Shown: piece after piece, positions 23,994-35,461 of the stretch
Numbering within the stretch: the stretch's first letter is position 1
Layout of the letters: each line of letters starts with the position of its first letter
DNA from: Rhizodiscina lignyota
Taxonomy: Eukaryota
DNA: 38,962 nt
Assembly (NCBI GenBank): GCA_010015805.1
Contig: ML978125.1
Span: forward strand, 2,356,001-2,394,962
Direction of reading: 5' to 3'
The notes under the pieces: generated by a model
What the model was told of the DNA's origin: nothing
Databases searched by the model: none
What the model saw: only the letters and a program-made list of their open reading frames with translations
Position numbers and translations under genes: made by a program

Positions 23994-24181
23994 TTTGATG
24001 ATTGTTTTAGGAACGTACGCTGGTGTTGTCGGTTTGGGAGGCTCTTTGTTCAGGGATGGTGGGAGGGTGGGTCAGCCAGAAAGTGCTTTGGGTTGGCGGA
24101 GGCTGAGGCCCTGACGTAGTGGAGGACCCTGCGCCAACACTAAACCCGATCGAGCAAGGCGTGGATCGGAACCGTGGCGAC

Positions 24182-24583
24182 CTACGTGGAATCGATCTCC
24201 TTCGTAAACACTCTCGATTCCTCGAAGCTTCGTTGAAGGAGGATCCCAATCAGGGTGATGCTGATCCACTTGACGACGAACAAAGCCCAGCGATTGTGGA
24301 TATTCAGGTATGGCGTCAGAGGAAAGGAAAGCCCCTCGGCAGCTAGCCCAATTGCGAGTGTAACACCCACTTGTGGGAAGCCCCTTATGAGGCTCCTGAC
24401 GTATTGGTGGGTTAGATGATGGTGCCCTGTGTCCTGATCCGTAACTGAGCCAATCGCGACGAATAGCACCAAAAAGGTCAGGAGTAAAATGGTAGTGGAC
24501 CACAAGATATAGCTTGCGAGTCTTTTGTTCGGCTTCTTCTTTTGCGTTCTCGGCTGCTGTACAGCTGGCTGTGCTCTGGTCAT
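24182..24583 (-). CDS. Possible small orphan membrane protein (about 133 aa, up to 3 hydrophobic segments)
   Basis: ATG at 24583 inside ORF 24182..24649. Basic stretch KKKPNKR followed by YILWSTTILLLTFLVLFVAIG, VGVTLAIGLAA and WALFVVKWISITLIGILL. No family recognised. Confidence 0.35.
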   Translation of the reverse strand: MTRAQPAVQQPRTQKKKPNKRLASYILWSTTILLLTFLVLFVAIGSVTDQDTGHHHLTHQYVRSLIRGFPQVGVTLAIGLAAEGLSFPLTPYLNIHNRWALFVVKWISITLIGILLQRSFEESRVFTKEIDST

Positions 24584-25033
24584 TGCTGCTTTCACAACTC
24601 TCGAGACATAAAATTGGATAAACGGCCGAAGAGTGTCCTGAACTCGCATACGGTGGAATGGTATCTTGAAATGGTACGCGGTGGAAGAGTGTCATTAAAC
24701 AGCTCTGCTGTTGTCATTAACCTATCTACCAGACAGCGCTGGGTGAGCGCTTCCTGATTTACTTCGGTGGTGCAGTTGCGAATGAACATTCACAGGCACC
24801 AGAATACCAAGCACGATCTACTTCACCCAAGGACCATATGTGGAAACCACTGCGTTGTCGGGCTGGGGAAGTGAAAGAGCTAGAGTGAGGAAAGCACTGA
24901 CTGGATACAAAATTGACCGCAGTTTCCAAGACCCTAAACAGCTAGGATATATAGCCTCTACAATCAATAAAGCGTCGAAGAGTTTCAACAATGCGCCATT
25001 GCTATTTACACTCCAAAGAGGGTAAACCAAGAC

Positions 25034-25068
25034 TCGCTTACCTTGAAGTGCAAGAGTTGCTCACCCTT
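25034..25068. repeat. Left arm of 35-bp imperfect inverted repeat (partner 27898-27932)
   Basis: tcgcttaccttgaagtgcaagagttgctcaccctt versus the reverse complement of 27898-27932, tcccttaccttgaagtgtaagagctatttgccctt: 28/35 identical. Confidence 0.6.
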
Positions 25069-25357
25069 CAGCATTAAGGAAGGGGCTCTGGTAATAATGA
25101 GAGAGCTCTATCGATGGTACCAACAATTGAATGGTTTTGAGAGATAAGGATTACAGTACGAAAGAAACGAAACTTTCGATGTAGTCCCCTTATGCCGAAG
25201 TCAACCGAATCTTCATGATGTCTTCCTGAACTCAAGAAATATCTCCCTCCAACTGGACGCCGACTGCCATTGCATCAGTTAGTTTCTGAACACCTCCGAC
25301 TCGTTGAAATAGCAATACTCCAGGACCAAAGACCACGCAAGAAATGTTCCACTCGGT

Positions 25358-26173
25358 TCAGCCAGGCCGATGTGCTATCGAGCCATCATTATCGCCATCA
25401 GCGTCCTGACCACCGCGGCGAAATATGAGGTCAAGCATTATAGCAAGGTAGATGTCAGCAGCCACAAAGATCCACTGAACAGCCAATATACCGATGCCGC
25501 GCCAAACGAACAGCTGTGAATGACCGGAGTTGTTCAGCGCAATCAATGTCTCCACAAGTTCCAGGGTACTAATTGCGCTAGTGAAGGCCATGATTGCCAC
25601 AAGTGAGAAGGCCGTTAGAGAAATGGATCTGGCATACGGTATTCCGACGTTCAGGAGTACCGGAGTGATGACCAAAGAAATGGCGATAAAGATGATGCCA
25701 GTGGCGAGGAAGAAGTTGCTCCAAGCGCTATGTTTTTGTATCACCGAGGCGAATTCGAGTGCTCCAGTGACCCACTGCTGGCCTTGATCAGAGCTAGAGG
25801 CGTTTACGTGTGACATCGATCCACATATGTTTGTATCCTCGGCCTTAGACTGGAGACAGACACCTGAGAAACTGTCAGTCTTCCATATCTATGAAACACC
25901 AAGAAGACTGATGAGTGAGTTTACCAAAGTGGGCAAGGAGAATTCTGTACGACCATGATGAGCCTTCTGCATCGGTGGCCGAAAAGATATATATGTTGTC
26001 GAGGCCGCTCTTCGTGCAAGCTCCAAGTGCAAAAGCTGTATTTGACTTAGCAGTTTGCCTTCGATCAGTTCGAACTGATGCTCACCATAAAGAACGGCAA
26101 TAACAAAGGCGGGAAGATATATGCTGCCGACTCTGAGCCACTCGATGTTCCTCAACGCAGCCGGTAAAGCCAT
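25358..26173 (-). CDS. Fig1-like claudin-superfamily tetraspan membrane protein (copy B, intact)
   Basis: Exons 26173-26086, 26035-25925, 25863-25358. TM1 ...VLYAFALGACTKSGLDNIYIF; claudin/Fig1-type loop YRILLAHFGVCLQSKAEDTNIC; three further TM segments. Confidence 0.75.
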
Positions 26174-26415
26174 GGTCTAGAATGTTCAAGACTGCAGAAT
26201 TCGATGCAGAGCGAAGTGACTGTGGAGAGTTATCTTTCAAGAATGAGGGAGGAGAGGGCATGGTATATATACCTTCACTGAGCGCTCCATGTGATATCTG
26301 CGGGAACTCGGGAGCTGGTTGATATCAACAGCGTGACCAAGAGTGTGCACGGGTACGAGAGTTAACTGTGAATATGAGGTCCATAGCATTGAATCGGGGT
26401 ACACAGGCGCCAATT

Positions 26416-27175
26416 TCATTCAGAGTAACAAGTGTAAAACAAGAATGCCAGGCAGAGCTCGAACCCCACAATCAGCCATTCAAGGACCTGGACCGCGATC
26501 CCAATCTTGATTATCGCATTCGGGGTTCCGCTTGGCACAGCAATGCTCAAGACTTCCGCTAACTGTGTCATATGGATAACACCAATAGCGCTTGCCATCG
26601 TCAACACGGCAGCTATTATGTAAAATACGGAGAAAAATACACTCAGGGAAATACCGCCGTAGGCCACACCATCATTTCTCGGGATGGAATCGTAACCAAA
26701 GCAGTTAGACCAAATATTACAAAGGCAACGACGAAGATGTATCGACTCGTAACTTTATGGTCGAAGGTTTCTGCCAAGGCGGCATTGCTGTCGACCGGGT
26801 TCTGTTCCTCAAGTGGAGTTACCTTGAATACATTTCTAGGTGAGCTACATTTCTTGACGTTGTCTAGATGTCTAATGCTACATATGCCTGTTCTCAGATG
26901 TCAATTACATGGCATCAGCGCTTGGTGGAAATAAAGCGTGATGCATACCAAAGTAACCGATTCGGAGCTCTGCATTTGGGGGGTTCGCCGAGTCTACAGC
27001 TCGAAACATGTCGAGACTCGATAGGGCACCAGTTTGGCAACCTGTGAGGACAAAGACTATAAAGTTTAGCTGGAATCCTGGCCGTCAGGCACGGTTTGAA
27101 CTCACCATAGAGAAACATGACCACGAAAGCAGGGAGGTGGATCAGGCAGAGCTCTTTTAAATTGATGGAGACCAT
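26416..27175 (-). pseudogene. Fig1-like claudin-superfamily gene (copy A) with a frameshift near 26680
   Basis: Exons 27175-27106, 27056-26949, 26887-26416. VFVLTGCQT...ELRIGYFGICSIRHLDNVKKC matches the Fig1 'R.GYFG.C...C' motif. The exon-3 frame stops at TGA 26645-26643, while TM3-TM4 continue in another frame (ORF 26416..26667). Confidence 0.7.
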
Positions 27176-27897
27176 GATGATTGAGGATCCAATATAGTCG
27201 TATAATATAACGGTTCAGATATGAGGGTATTTTTGAAAACGAGAGTCCCAAAGGCAGAGACGCTCGTTCTTATACTTACTCCAATAGTCCCGTACGGCAT
27301 GCACAGCCGTCACCAGTACCACTACCCTGTAGAGGCATGAAGAGCATTCCGATCTGTGGTAGCGCTGTAGCCACATAGTCGATAACTTAGCCGTTTTATC
27401 TGTCACGGAGATATGAGATCTGTTGTACATAACCTTCTTTAGCAAACAAACAATTGGCGTGAAGGTTATGCGGCGAGAACATTGGCGTTTGGAAGATAGA
27501 TGCATGCGCTAGAGAGGCTATATTGAAGCTAAAGGGATACGTTGACAGAAAACCTAGGAAGCAGCGGACACGTAGATAGCTTTTGGCACGACGAAGAAAT
27601 GGCACCAATCCTGGTTTTCGCGCACTGCTTGGTCAAACGCGAGCGGTTAAACCAGTAGTGCTATTGGCCTGGTTCATATCAAAGCACCAATGTCAATATC
27701 CTAAGGTTCTGGTAGTGCTGTGACGAGCTTTGAAGACATGGTGTGAGGGCAGGAGAAAGCGAGGGTGAGGTTGAGGTTGGCCTGGCGGATATGAAACTCT
27801 GCCAAATGAGGCATGGTGTGGCAGGAAGCTTCCAAATGTATCTTAGCGTGGCTCGAAGGTGACAAAATATTTGGCCGCTAGCCAAACTATAACTCCT

Positions 27898-27932
27898 AAG
27901 GGCAAATAGCTCTTACACTTCAAGGTAAGGGA
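27898..27932. repeat. Right arm of 35-bp imperfect inverted repeat (partner 25034-25068)
   Basis: aagggcaaatagctcttacacttcaaggtaaggga; 28/35 identity to the reverse complement of 25034-25068. Confidence 0.6.
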
Positions 27933-28070
27933 TACTATCTCTGGAGGCTCAGTGGTACGTTCTTCGGAGTTACTATCTAATAGCGAACGATTGGAAAACC
28001 TGTATACTTTGTTAATTACAGAGGCTACACACTATCGCTATTCAGTGCCTAGACAGCTATCACCAGCTTT

Positions 28071-29656
28071 TTAATCACCCTCGAGCGCGAACCATGAACG
28101 CCATACCGATCGGTGTAGAGCTTGTTCTTCAGGTAAGATGCTTGGGTTCTGCTGAGATGTATCCAGAACTGCTTGCGGGTCCAAGCTAGGAATATTCCGG
28201 GAGATGCTAGCCACGAGTGCTTGCGCAAATGCCGCCTCGCCCGCCGCAACGAACAGTGTAGTCCCCATATTTTCGCAAAACAGAGTCAAGGACGTCACGT
28301 TCGCCATATCGTCGGCTGAGACTACAACCTGGTTTGCGATCATGGGGATTTGGAGCGCGAGGCCGACACCCATTGCTGTTAGGAGCTCGAAGCCAATCCA
28401 GTCTCCTGTCGAAGCGCCTGCATCTAAAGTGTACATCTTTACGGCCCCGGCCGTTCCGCACAATGCACCTACGAGGAGGAATGGCTTGTAGTGCCGCCAG
28501 AATGTGAGCAGGCCGTTGGCAACCATTGTGAAGACAGAGACACCGAGGACGATTGGTATCAGACGGACACCGCTCTGCGAAGCCGAAGTGTTATAGACAG
28601 ACTGGAATCGCACAGGAAGCGTGTATAGTAGAGGAAAGTAGAGACCCGCGAGGAAGAAGTTGAACAACAGATTAGGAAACACATTCTTGTTTGTCAGGAG
28701 GTGCCTCTGTATCATTGCCTTCTCACCCATACGCCATTCGTTGATGATAAAGAGTCCTAGGAGGAGAACGAAGCCAACCATGGCGAGGATGGATCGATAA
28801 CTGGACCAATGATAGACTCCAGACCAGTGCATCGCAAGTACGAAACATGAGAGTGCGCTGGCGATTAGGATCCCTCCAAAAACATCGGTTTGGATAATGC
28901 GCTCCCGCAAAGGGGCTTCTCTGGGCAAGATGGGCGGTTTGAAAACAAGGAACATCGTGAGCGCGGCAGCAAATCCAATCGGAAGGCTTACCCTGGACAC
29001 CATGATAATTAGTGTTCTGCATTCAAAGATATGAGACTTGGAACTCACCAAAAGCACCATCTCCACCCCGGGCCATCTGTTAACGCCCCTCCCATTAACG
29101 GCCCTACAACACTCGAAGCTCCAAACGTAACACCCAAGATGCCCATATACGCCGCTCTATGCTTCGGTCTCACGGTCAACGCAATGATTATAAACGCGCC
29201 GGTAATGATCCCTCCACCACCCAGACCAGCAACAATCCTTCCAATAATCAACATCGTGCTACTCTGCGATACCGCGCAGATCACATTCCCAGCCTCAAAC
29301 ACGGCGATGGCGATAAGGAACGTATATTTGAGCGAAAAATAGTTGTACGCTTTTCCCCATGAGGACTGGAAGGCCGTATTTGTGATGGAGTATGCGCTGC
29401 CATACCATGCAATGTTAGCAATACTACCGAATTCGTCTGTGATGCTTGGAATGGCTGTCGCGAGAATGGTAGTGTCAAGCGCGGATAGGAAGATACTGAG
29501 AATTAGACCGATGGTGATTAGGATGAGCTTGATGCCTCTTGGGTATTCCACCGGGGTGGCTTCTGTGTCGGTAGTTGGTGACTCATTTTGAATGACATTG
29601 CCAGTGCTGTTGTGGTTGCTGAGTTCGATGTCTTCACCGACTGAGATAGTCGCCAT
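28071..29656 (-). CDS. MFS drug/toxin efflux pump (DHA2, 14-TM type), apparently lacking its last TM helix
   Basis: Exons 29656-29049 and 28992-28071. Motifs: [64 protein letters not shown]. After LDPQAVLDT the sequence is non-hydrophobic until the stop. Confidence 0.85.
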
Positions 29657-30386
29657 TATGGTTTTGTGCCCCTAGACCCGTGAACAACGTGCAGGTTCGA
29701 TATATTGAGCATACATTCCGATGAAGGGTTGGAAATGTGGTAGAGACGAAGTCTTTGCTGAATGCCTTAAAAGATGCCTGGCTAGACCTGATAAGGCAGG
29801 TCTTTCAGCGGTGTCCCTCAATGTTAAGCCCGAGCGAGAGAGTTTTCGTGAAGCCTATGATGAAGAGCATTAGAGGAAAGAAGACGGAGCTCAATACAAT
29901 GAGATAGTAAAAGGAATAATTGAGAGCAAGTCGAAAGGCTCAGAGGACTTGGCAATGCATATTCGGCCTCTCCCCTAGTAGAGGCGCAGGAGTGATCGCA
30001 TGAATGGAGACAGGCGAAATCGACAGCTAGGCAGCTTCCTTGGTATCTAAGAGTCCATCACGTCTACATTTCAATTTCAATTGACCCATACTGAAAGGGA
30101 CCAGGAGAATGTAGAAAGATGTAGAATATATGTAGAAGTGAAAGAGTGATTGGCTCTGGGGCGGCCTTGAGAATGAGGATGTTCTGATGCACGTGCACCA
30201 CTGAACGCGACCCGACGCGCCTGGCGTGTTGAGCTCGCGACCTAATCCTATTAATACTTCTACAACCTGTTTTCCTCTTTCTCCTTTCAACCACCATTGT
30301 CCACCTTCAAACAAACAACGGCTGCCAGACCTGCTCGATCCAAAAACCTCTTCAGTCTCTGACCTTCTAGAAACAACACTATCAAG

Positions 30387-31356
30387 ATGTCTGTCGTCAG
30401 CTTATTAAACGTAAACGTTATGAACAACCCCGCCCCCTTCAATGCGCCATACACTTTCGAAGTTACGTTCGAGGCACTTGAGCAGCTAAAAAGTGATCTC
30501 GAGTTCAAGCTCCTCTACGTTGGCTCAGCTACATCGTATTCCCCCTTAAGACCTCCTGCCAACGTTCAAATAGCTAACATACCTTCAGGTCAGAGCATGA
30601 TCAAGAACTCGACTCCTTACTCGTCGGCCCAGTGCCTGTCGGCGTGAACAAGTTTGTCTTCGAAGCCGACGCGCCGAATCTCTCACGAATCCCCAACTCT
30701 GAGATCATCGGTGTCACTGTCATTCTGCTCACATGCAGCTATGATGGAAGGGAGTTTGTGCGCGTGGGATACTACGTCAACAACGAATATGCAGATGAGG
30801 AGCTGCAACAAAATCCGCCGGCCAAACCCGTCATCGAAAAGATCAAGCGAAGCATCTTGGCCGAGAAGCCAAGGGTAACACGGTTCGCCATCAAGTGGTA
30901 CGTGGTTTGAGGTTTCAAATCGATTAGAACAGTAGCTAACGCTGTTTTAGGGACTCTGAGGAGTCAGCACCAGCAGAATTCCCCCCGGATCAGCCTGAAG
31001 CAGACCAAGTCGACGATGACGAGGCACAATACGGGGCAGAGGAGGAGGAGGAAGAGGTGGAGGAAGAGACAATCGCTGGAGAGGGCGAGGATGCAGAGAT
31101 GGGTGGCATTGAAGAGACGCGTGCTCAAGTCAAGGTAGATGACGCAGCATCTGATGCTGGCAGCGAAGACATTGAGAACGAGAGCGAGGATGATGACGAG
31201 GAGGACGATGAGGGCGAGGAGGGCGAGGGTGAGGCGCCAGATGATGAGATGGACATGGGACAAGACGAGGCCGCGCAGAAGCCCATCGAGAACGGAGACG
31301 CGAAGCAGGATGCCTCATTCCCTCAGAAGCAGCAATCGGATGTGATGGTGCATTAG
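30387..31356 (+). CDS. ASF1: Histone H3-H4 chaperone Asf1
   Basis: Exons 30387-30535, 30589-30897, 30951-31356. MSVVSLLNV...[43 protein letters not shown]...[15 protein letters not shown]...[12 protein letters not shown], plus an acidic tail. Confidence 0.97.
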
Positions 31357-31916
31357 CCGCCTAAGCATCTTTCTTCAGTTTCGTGGGTTAACTATATGGG
31401 CAGGGAAGATTGCGTCTCGACTCTCCTACAAATGAGGTTTCCGTGTTTCTTGGTGATTTTCGCATCTCTCACAGTCCACAGCGTTGATTCAAGATTTCAG
31501 CTATCGAGGGTCGGGAAGCATAGCAAAGGGTCTCTCATAACCAGTTTCAGCAGTGCTGTAATATCTCTATGCTGTAATTTATATAGAGTATGTGATAAGG
31601 CGAATAACAGAGTGCTGCTTCACCACACTGGACTGACAACTGGCCCACCTGCGTGTGTACCCAAAACCCACAGCATAGCGGCCCAGCTCTGGGGTGCGCG
31701 TCACCGAGTCTCTGGGTGCCGTCGGCAATTGCCAGGTCCACGTAGGTACTCGAGCTGCCCCACGCGTTTTCACCGTTGACATCAACAATCCCAGCGCACT
31801 AAGCTCCGCATGAGGGCACATGCCAAGAACACCCGTCGCGCGTCGCCCAAAATATATTTCTCGAGATAAATCAACCCAAGCAACGACGCACACTCCAACA
31901 ACTCTCCCAACGCAAC

Positions 31917-34900
31917 ATGTCCATGCTTCCGCCAGACGTGCACGCGGCTCTCGCGCAGCTGCTGCAGGCTCTGCAAAGCCCGGACAACGTGGTCAGAACA
32001 CAGGCAGAGGAACAGCTCAGCCAGGAATGGGTACAAAGCAGGCCCGAGATCACCTTGATGGGACTCGTGGAGAACATCCAGAACGGCCTGAGTGACGAGA
32101 ACGTACGCGTTTCTTTGCAACTAACTGATCATCTTTAATGATGGCTGGAGCGAGATCGAGTCTAACATCTGATTCCTGATCGCAGTTCCAAAGTCGCGCG
32201 TTCGCAGCCGTGCTTTTTCGACGTATCGCAACGAGAACGCGCAAAGACCCAACCAGCGGAGTGTCGACAGAGCTCTTCTTGAGCTTGCAGATTCCACAAA
32301 AGCATGCTATCAGGGAGAAACTTCTGGTATGCCTGACCGGCGAGGGCATACAGAATGTTAGGAACAAGGTCGGTGACGCGGTTGCTGAGGTTGCGAGACA
32401 ATATACAGATGCCGGTAAGTACTGCCGATTTACACAAGAAAGGAAAAAGAATTACATTTTTGAGGCCGTCGCGTTACAGGGGAACAATGGTCCGAGCTGC
32501 TTGGTTCTTTATTCAACCTCAGCCAGAGCGACAACGAAGGCCAGCGGGAGAGCGCATTTAGGATATTTGCCGCTACTCCAGGCATAATCGAAAAGCAGCA
32601 CGAGGACGTCGTATTGAATGCGTTCACGAGGGGATTCAAAGACACGGAGGATGCCGTAAGTCTTTAAACAGACCAATCTATCTTGCGAAATTTGACACCG
32701 TTTTAGGTCAAAATCGCAGCTATGGAAGCATTTTCCTCCTTCTTCCGATCGATACAAAAGAAGTCGCAACAGAAGTACTATTCACTCATACCAGACATTC
32801 TCAACATCCTGCCGCCATTGAAGGATGGAACCGACGATTCGCTCCTGATCGAGGCTTTTGTGGCGTTGATCGAGCTCGCAGAGACCGCACCAAAGATGTT
32901 CAAGCCACTTTTCAACAATCTCGTCAAGTTCAGCATTAGCGTGATACAAGACAAGGAGCTCTCGGATACCACGCGACAAAACGCACTGGAACTCATGGCT
33001 ACGTTCGCCGATCAGAGCCCACAGATGTGTCGACGAGATCCCGAATATACATCGCAGATGGTCACACAATGCCTGTCACTCATGACTGATGTCGGAATTG
33101 ACGACGACGATGCGGAGGAGTGGAATGCAAGCGAGGACTTGGACGTTGACGAAAGTGACATGAACCATGTCGCAGGCGAGCAATGTATGGATCGCCTTGC
33201 AAACAAACTCGGTGGTCAAGCTCTCTTGCCCCCTACATTCAACTGGCTTCCACGAATGGTGGCATCTACAGCATGGAGAGATCGACATGCCGCTCTTATG
33301 GCCATTTCTGCCATTTCGGAAGGCTGTAGAGATCTTATGGTCGGCGAGCTGGACAAGGTCTTGGAGCTGGTGCTACCAGCACTAAGAGATCCACACCCTC
33401 GGGTCCGCTGGGCGGGCTGCAATGCCCTGGGTCAGATGAGCACAGATTTCGCTGGCACAATGCAGGAGAAGTATCATCAGGCCGTCGTTCCCAATATCAT
33501 CCCAGTGCTGGAATCTCCTGAACCTCGAGTACAAGCACACGCCGCAGCTGCTCTTGTCAACTTCTGCGAAGAGGCAGAGAAGGCTATACTGGAGCCGTAT
33601 CTTGACAATCTCCTGAATCACCTTCTTCAACTCCTCCAAAGTCCAAAGCGTTTCGTCCAGGAGCAGGCTTTATCGACTATAGCGACCGTTGCCGACTCTG
33701 CCGAAGCCGCATTCTCACGATATTATGGCACCTTGATGCCCTTGCTCTTCAACGTGTTGAGGAACGAGCAATCGAAAGAGTACAGACTACTACGCGCCAA
33801 AGCAATGGAATGTGCGACGCTCATCGCTCTAGCCGTTGGGAAAGAGGGTATGGGTAACGACGCTATAGCTCTGGTGGGGCTCCTAGGCTCCATACAACAG
33901 GGTATTACCGACGCAGATGATCCTCAAGCTTCCTACCTTCTGCATTGCTGGGGACGTATGTGTCGAGTCCTTGGCGATCAGTTCTTACCTTATCTCCCTG
34001 CAGTCATTCCACCGCTTATGGAGCTCGCAAGCGCAAAAGCCGACATTCAGCTTCTCGATGACGAGGAGAAGGTGGCTGCTATGGATCAAGAAGATGGCTG
34101 GGAGCTTGTGCCGTTGAAAGGCAAGGTGATCGGTATCAAGACGAGCACTCTGGATGACAAGCACATGGCAATCGAATTGATTGTCATTTATGCACAAGTG
34201 CTTGAAGGTGCTTTCGAACCATACGTCAACGAGATCATGGACAAGATTGCTCTTCCAGGCCTTGCTTTCTTCTTCCATGATCCAGTGCGAGTGGCGTCTG
34301 CTAAATGCGTCCCACAACTTCTCAACGCCTACAAGAAGGCTCACGGCCCCGATTCACCCCAACTGCGTCAATTGTGGGAACGAACAGTAGAAAAACTGCT
34401 CGAAGTCCTAACTACTGAGCCTGCAATCGACACATTAGCAGAGATGTATCAATGCTTCTACGAGTGTGTCGAGGTGCTCGGCCGCGGGTGCCTCACCGAT
34501 GCGCACATGGCTACGTTCATTGAAGGCGCCCAGGGTGTGCTAGAAGACTACCAGGATCGCGTAAAAGGCCGTCTTGAGGACCAAGCGGAACGCGAAGAAG
34601 GTGAAGAAGAGTCAGAAGAGACGCTATTCGCCATCGAAGATGACCAAACCCTCCTCTCCGATATGAACAAGGCTTTCCATACAATCTTCAAGCACATGGG
34701 CGTCGCATTTCTTCCGCACTGGCAGCGCCTCATGGTCTTCTACGATACCTTCGTGCGCAACCCCGATCCGACGCAACGCCAATGGGCCATCTGCATCTTT
34801 GATGATGTGCTTGAGTTCTGTGGCCCGCAGAGCTGGACTTATTCGAGCAACATCATTCAGCCTCTCATTGACGGCATGCAAGACGACGTCCCAGCCAACA

Positions 34901-35461
34901 GGCAGGCTGCAGTGTACGGTGTTGGAGTTGCGGCGCACAAAGGCGGAGCCCCATGGGCAGACTTTGTGGCTGCAAGCATCCCGACGCTGTTCCAGGTCAC
35001 GCAAAGGCCGAACGCGAGGGATGACGATGATATCTATGCGACAGAGAACTCGAGTGCGAGCATTGCGAAGATTCTGCACTTCAACAGCGACAAAGTCCAA
35101 AACGTGCAGGATGTCGCCGCTGCATGGGTGGATACTTTGCCGGTGGTGAACGATGAAGAGGCAGCACCTTACGCGTATGGATTCTTGGCACAGATGATTG
35201 AACAGTAAGTTGTTTCCAATTTCCCCCATTGCTAGAGTCTAACATGGTTTCAGACAAAACCCGGTGGTGATGAACCAGGCCGCCAAGTGCTTTACGTTTG
35301 TCGCGCAAGCCCTCGAAGCCGAGACTCTGCAAGGCCAGACGGCGTCGAGGATAGTAGGCGCGGCGAAGCAGCTGGTGCAGTTGGCGGGACTGGACGCTAA
35401 TCAACTGCTCAGCTCCCTCACGCCTGAGACACAGCAGACTGTGAGGGCATATTTCGGGTAA
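31917..35461 (+). CDS. PSE1: Importin beta-3 / karyopherin Kap121 (Pse1, importin-5 orthologue)
   Basis: Exons 31917-32102, 32186-32414, 32480-32655, 32707-35204, 35254-35461. HEAT repeats; WRDRHAALMAISAISEGC, HPRVRWAGCNALGQMSTDF, PRVQAHAAAALVNF, LLRAKAMECATLIALAVGKE. Confidence 0.95.

Noticed and set aside
24818..25110. Possible exon MLKGEQLLHFK|gtaagc plus ORF 24818..25030 as a further gene
   Set aside because: Could not build a coherent multi-exon model; similarity to the 27898 copy does not extend beyond 35 bp.
29784..29803. 7-bp hairpin agacctg-ataagg-caggtct upstream of the MFS gene, considered as a TPP riboswitch or operator
   Set aside because: Lacks the TPP core; one short palindrome is expected by chance.
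34624..35229. Long antisense ORFs over real genes (also 20897..21424, 22956..23465, 13525..14001)
   Set aside because: Explained as shadows of codon bias on the coding strand.
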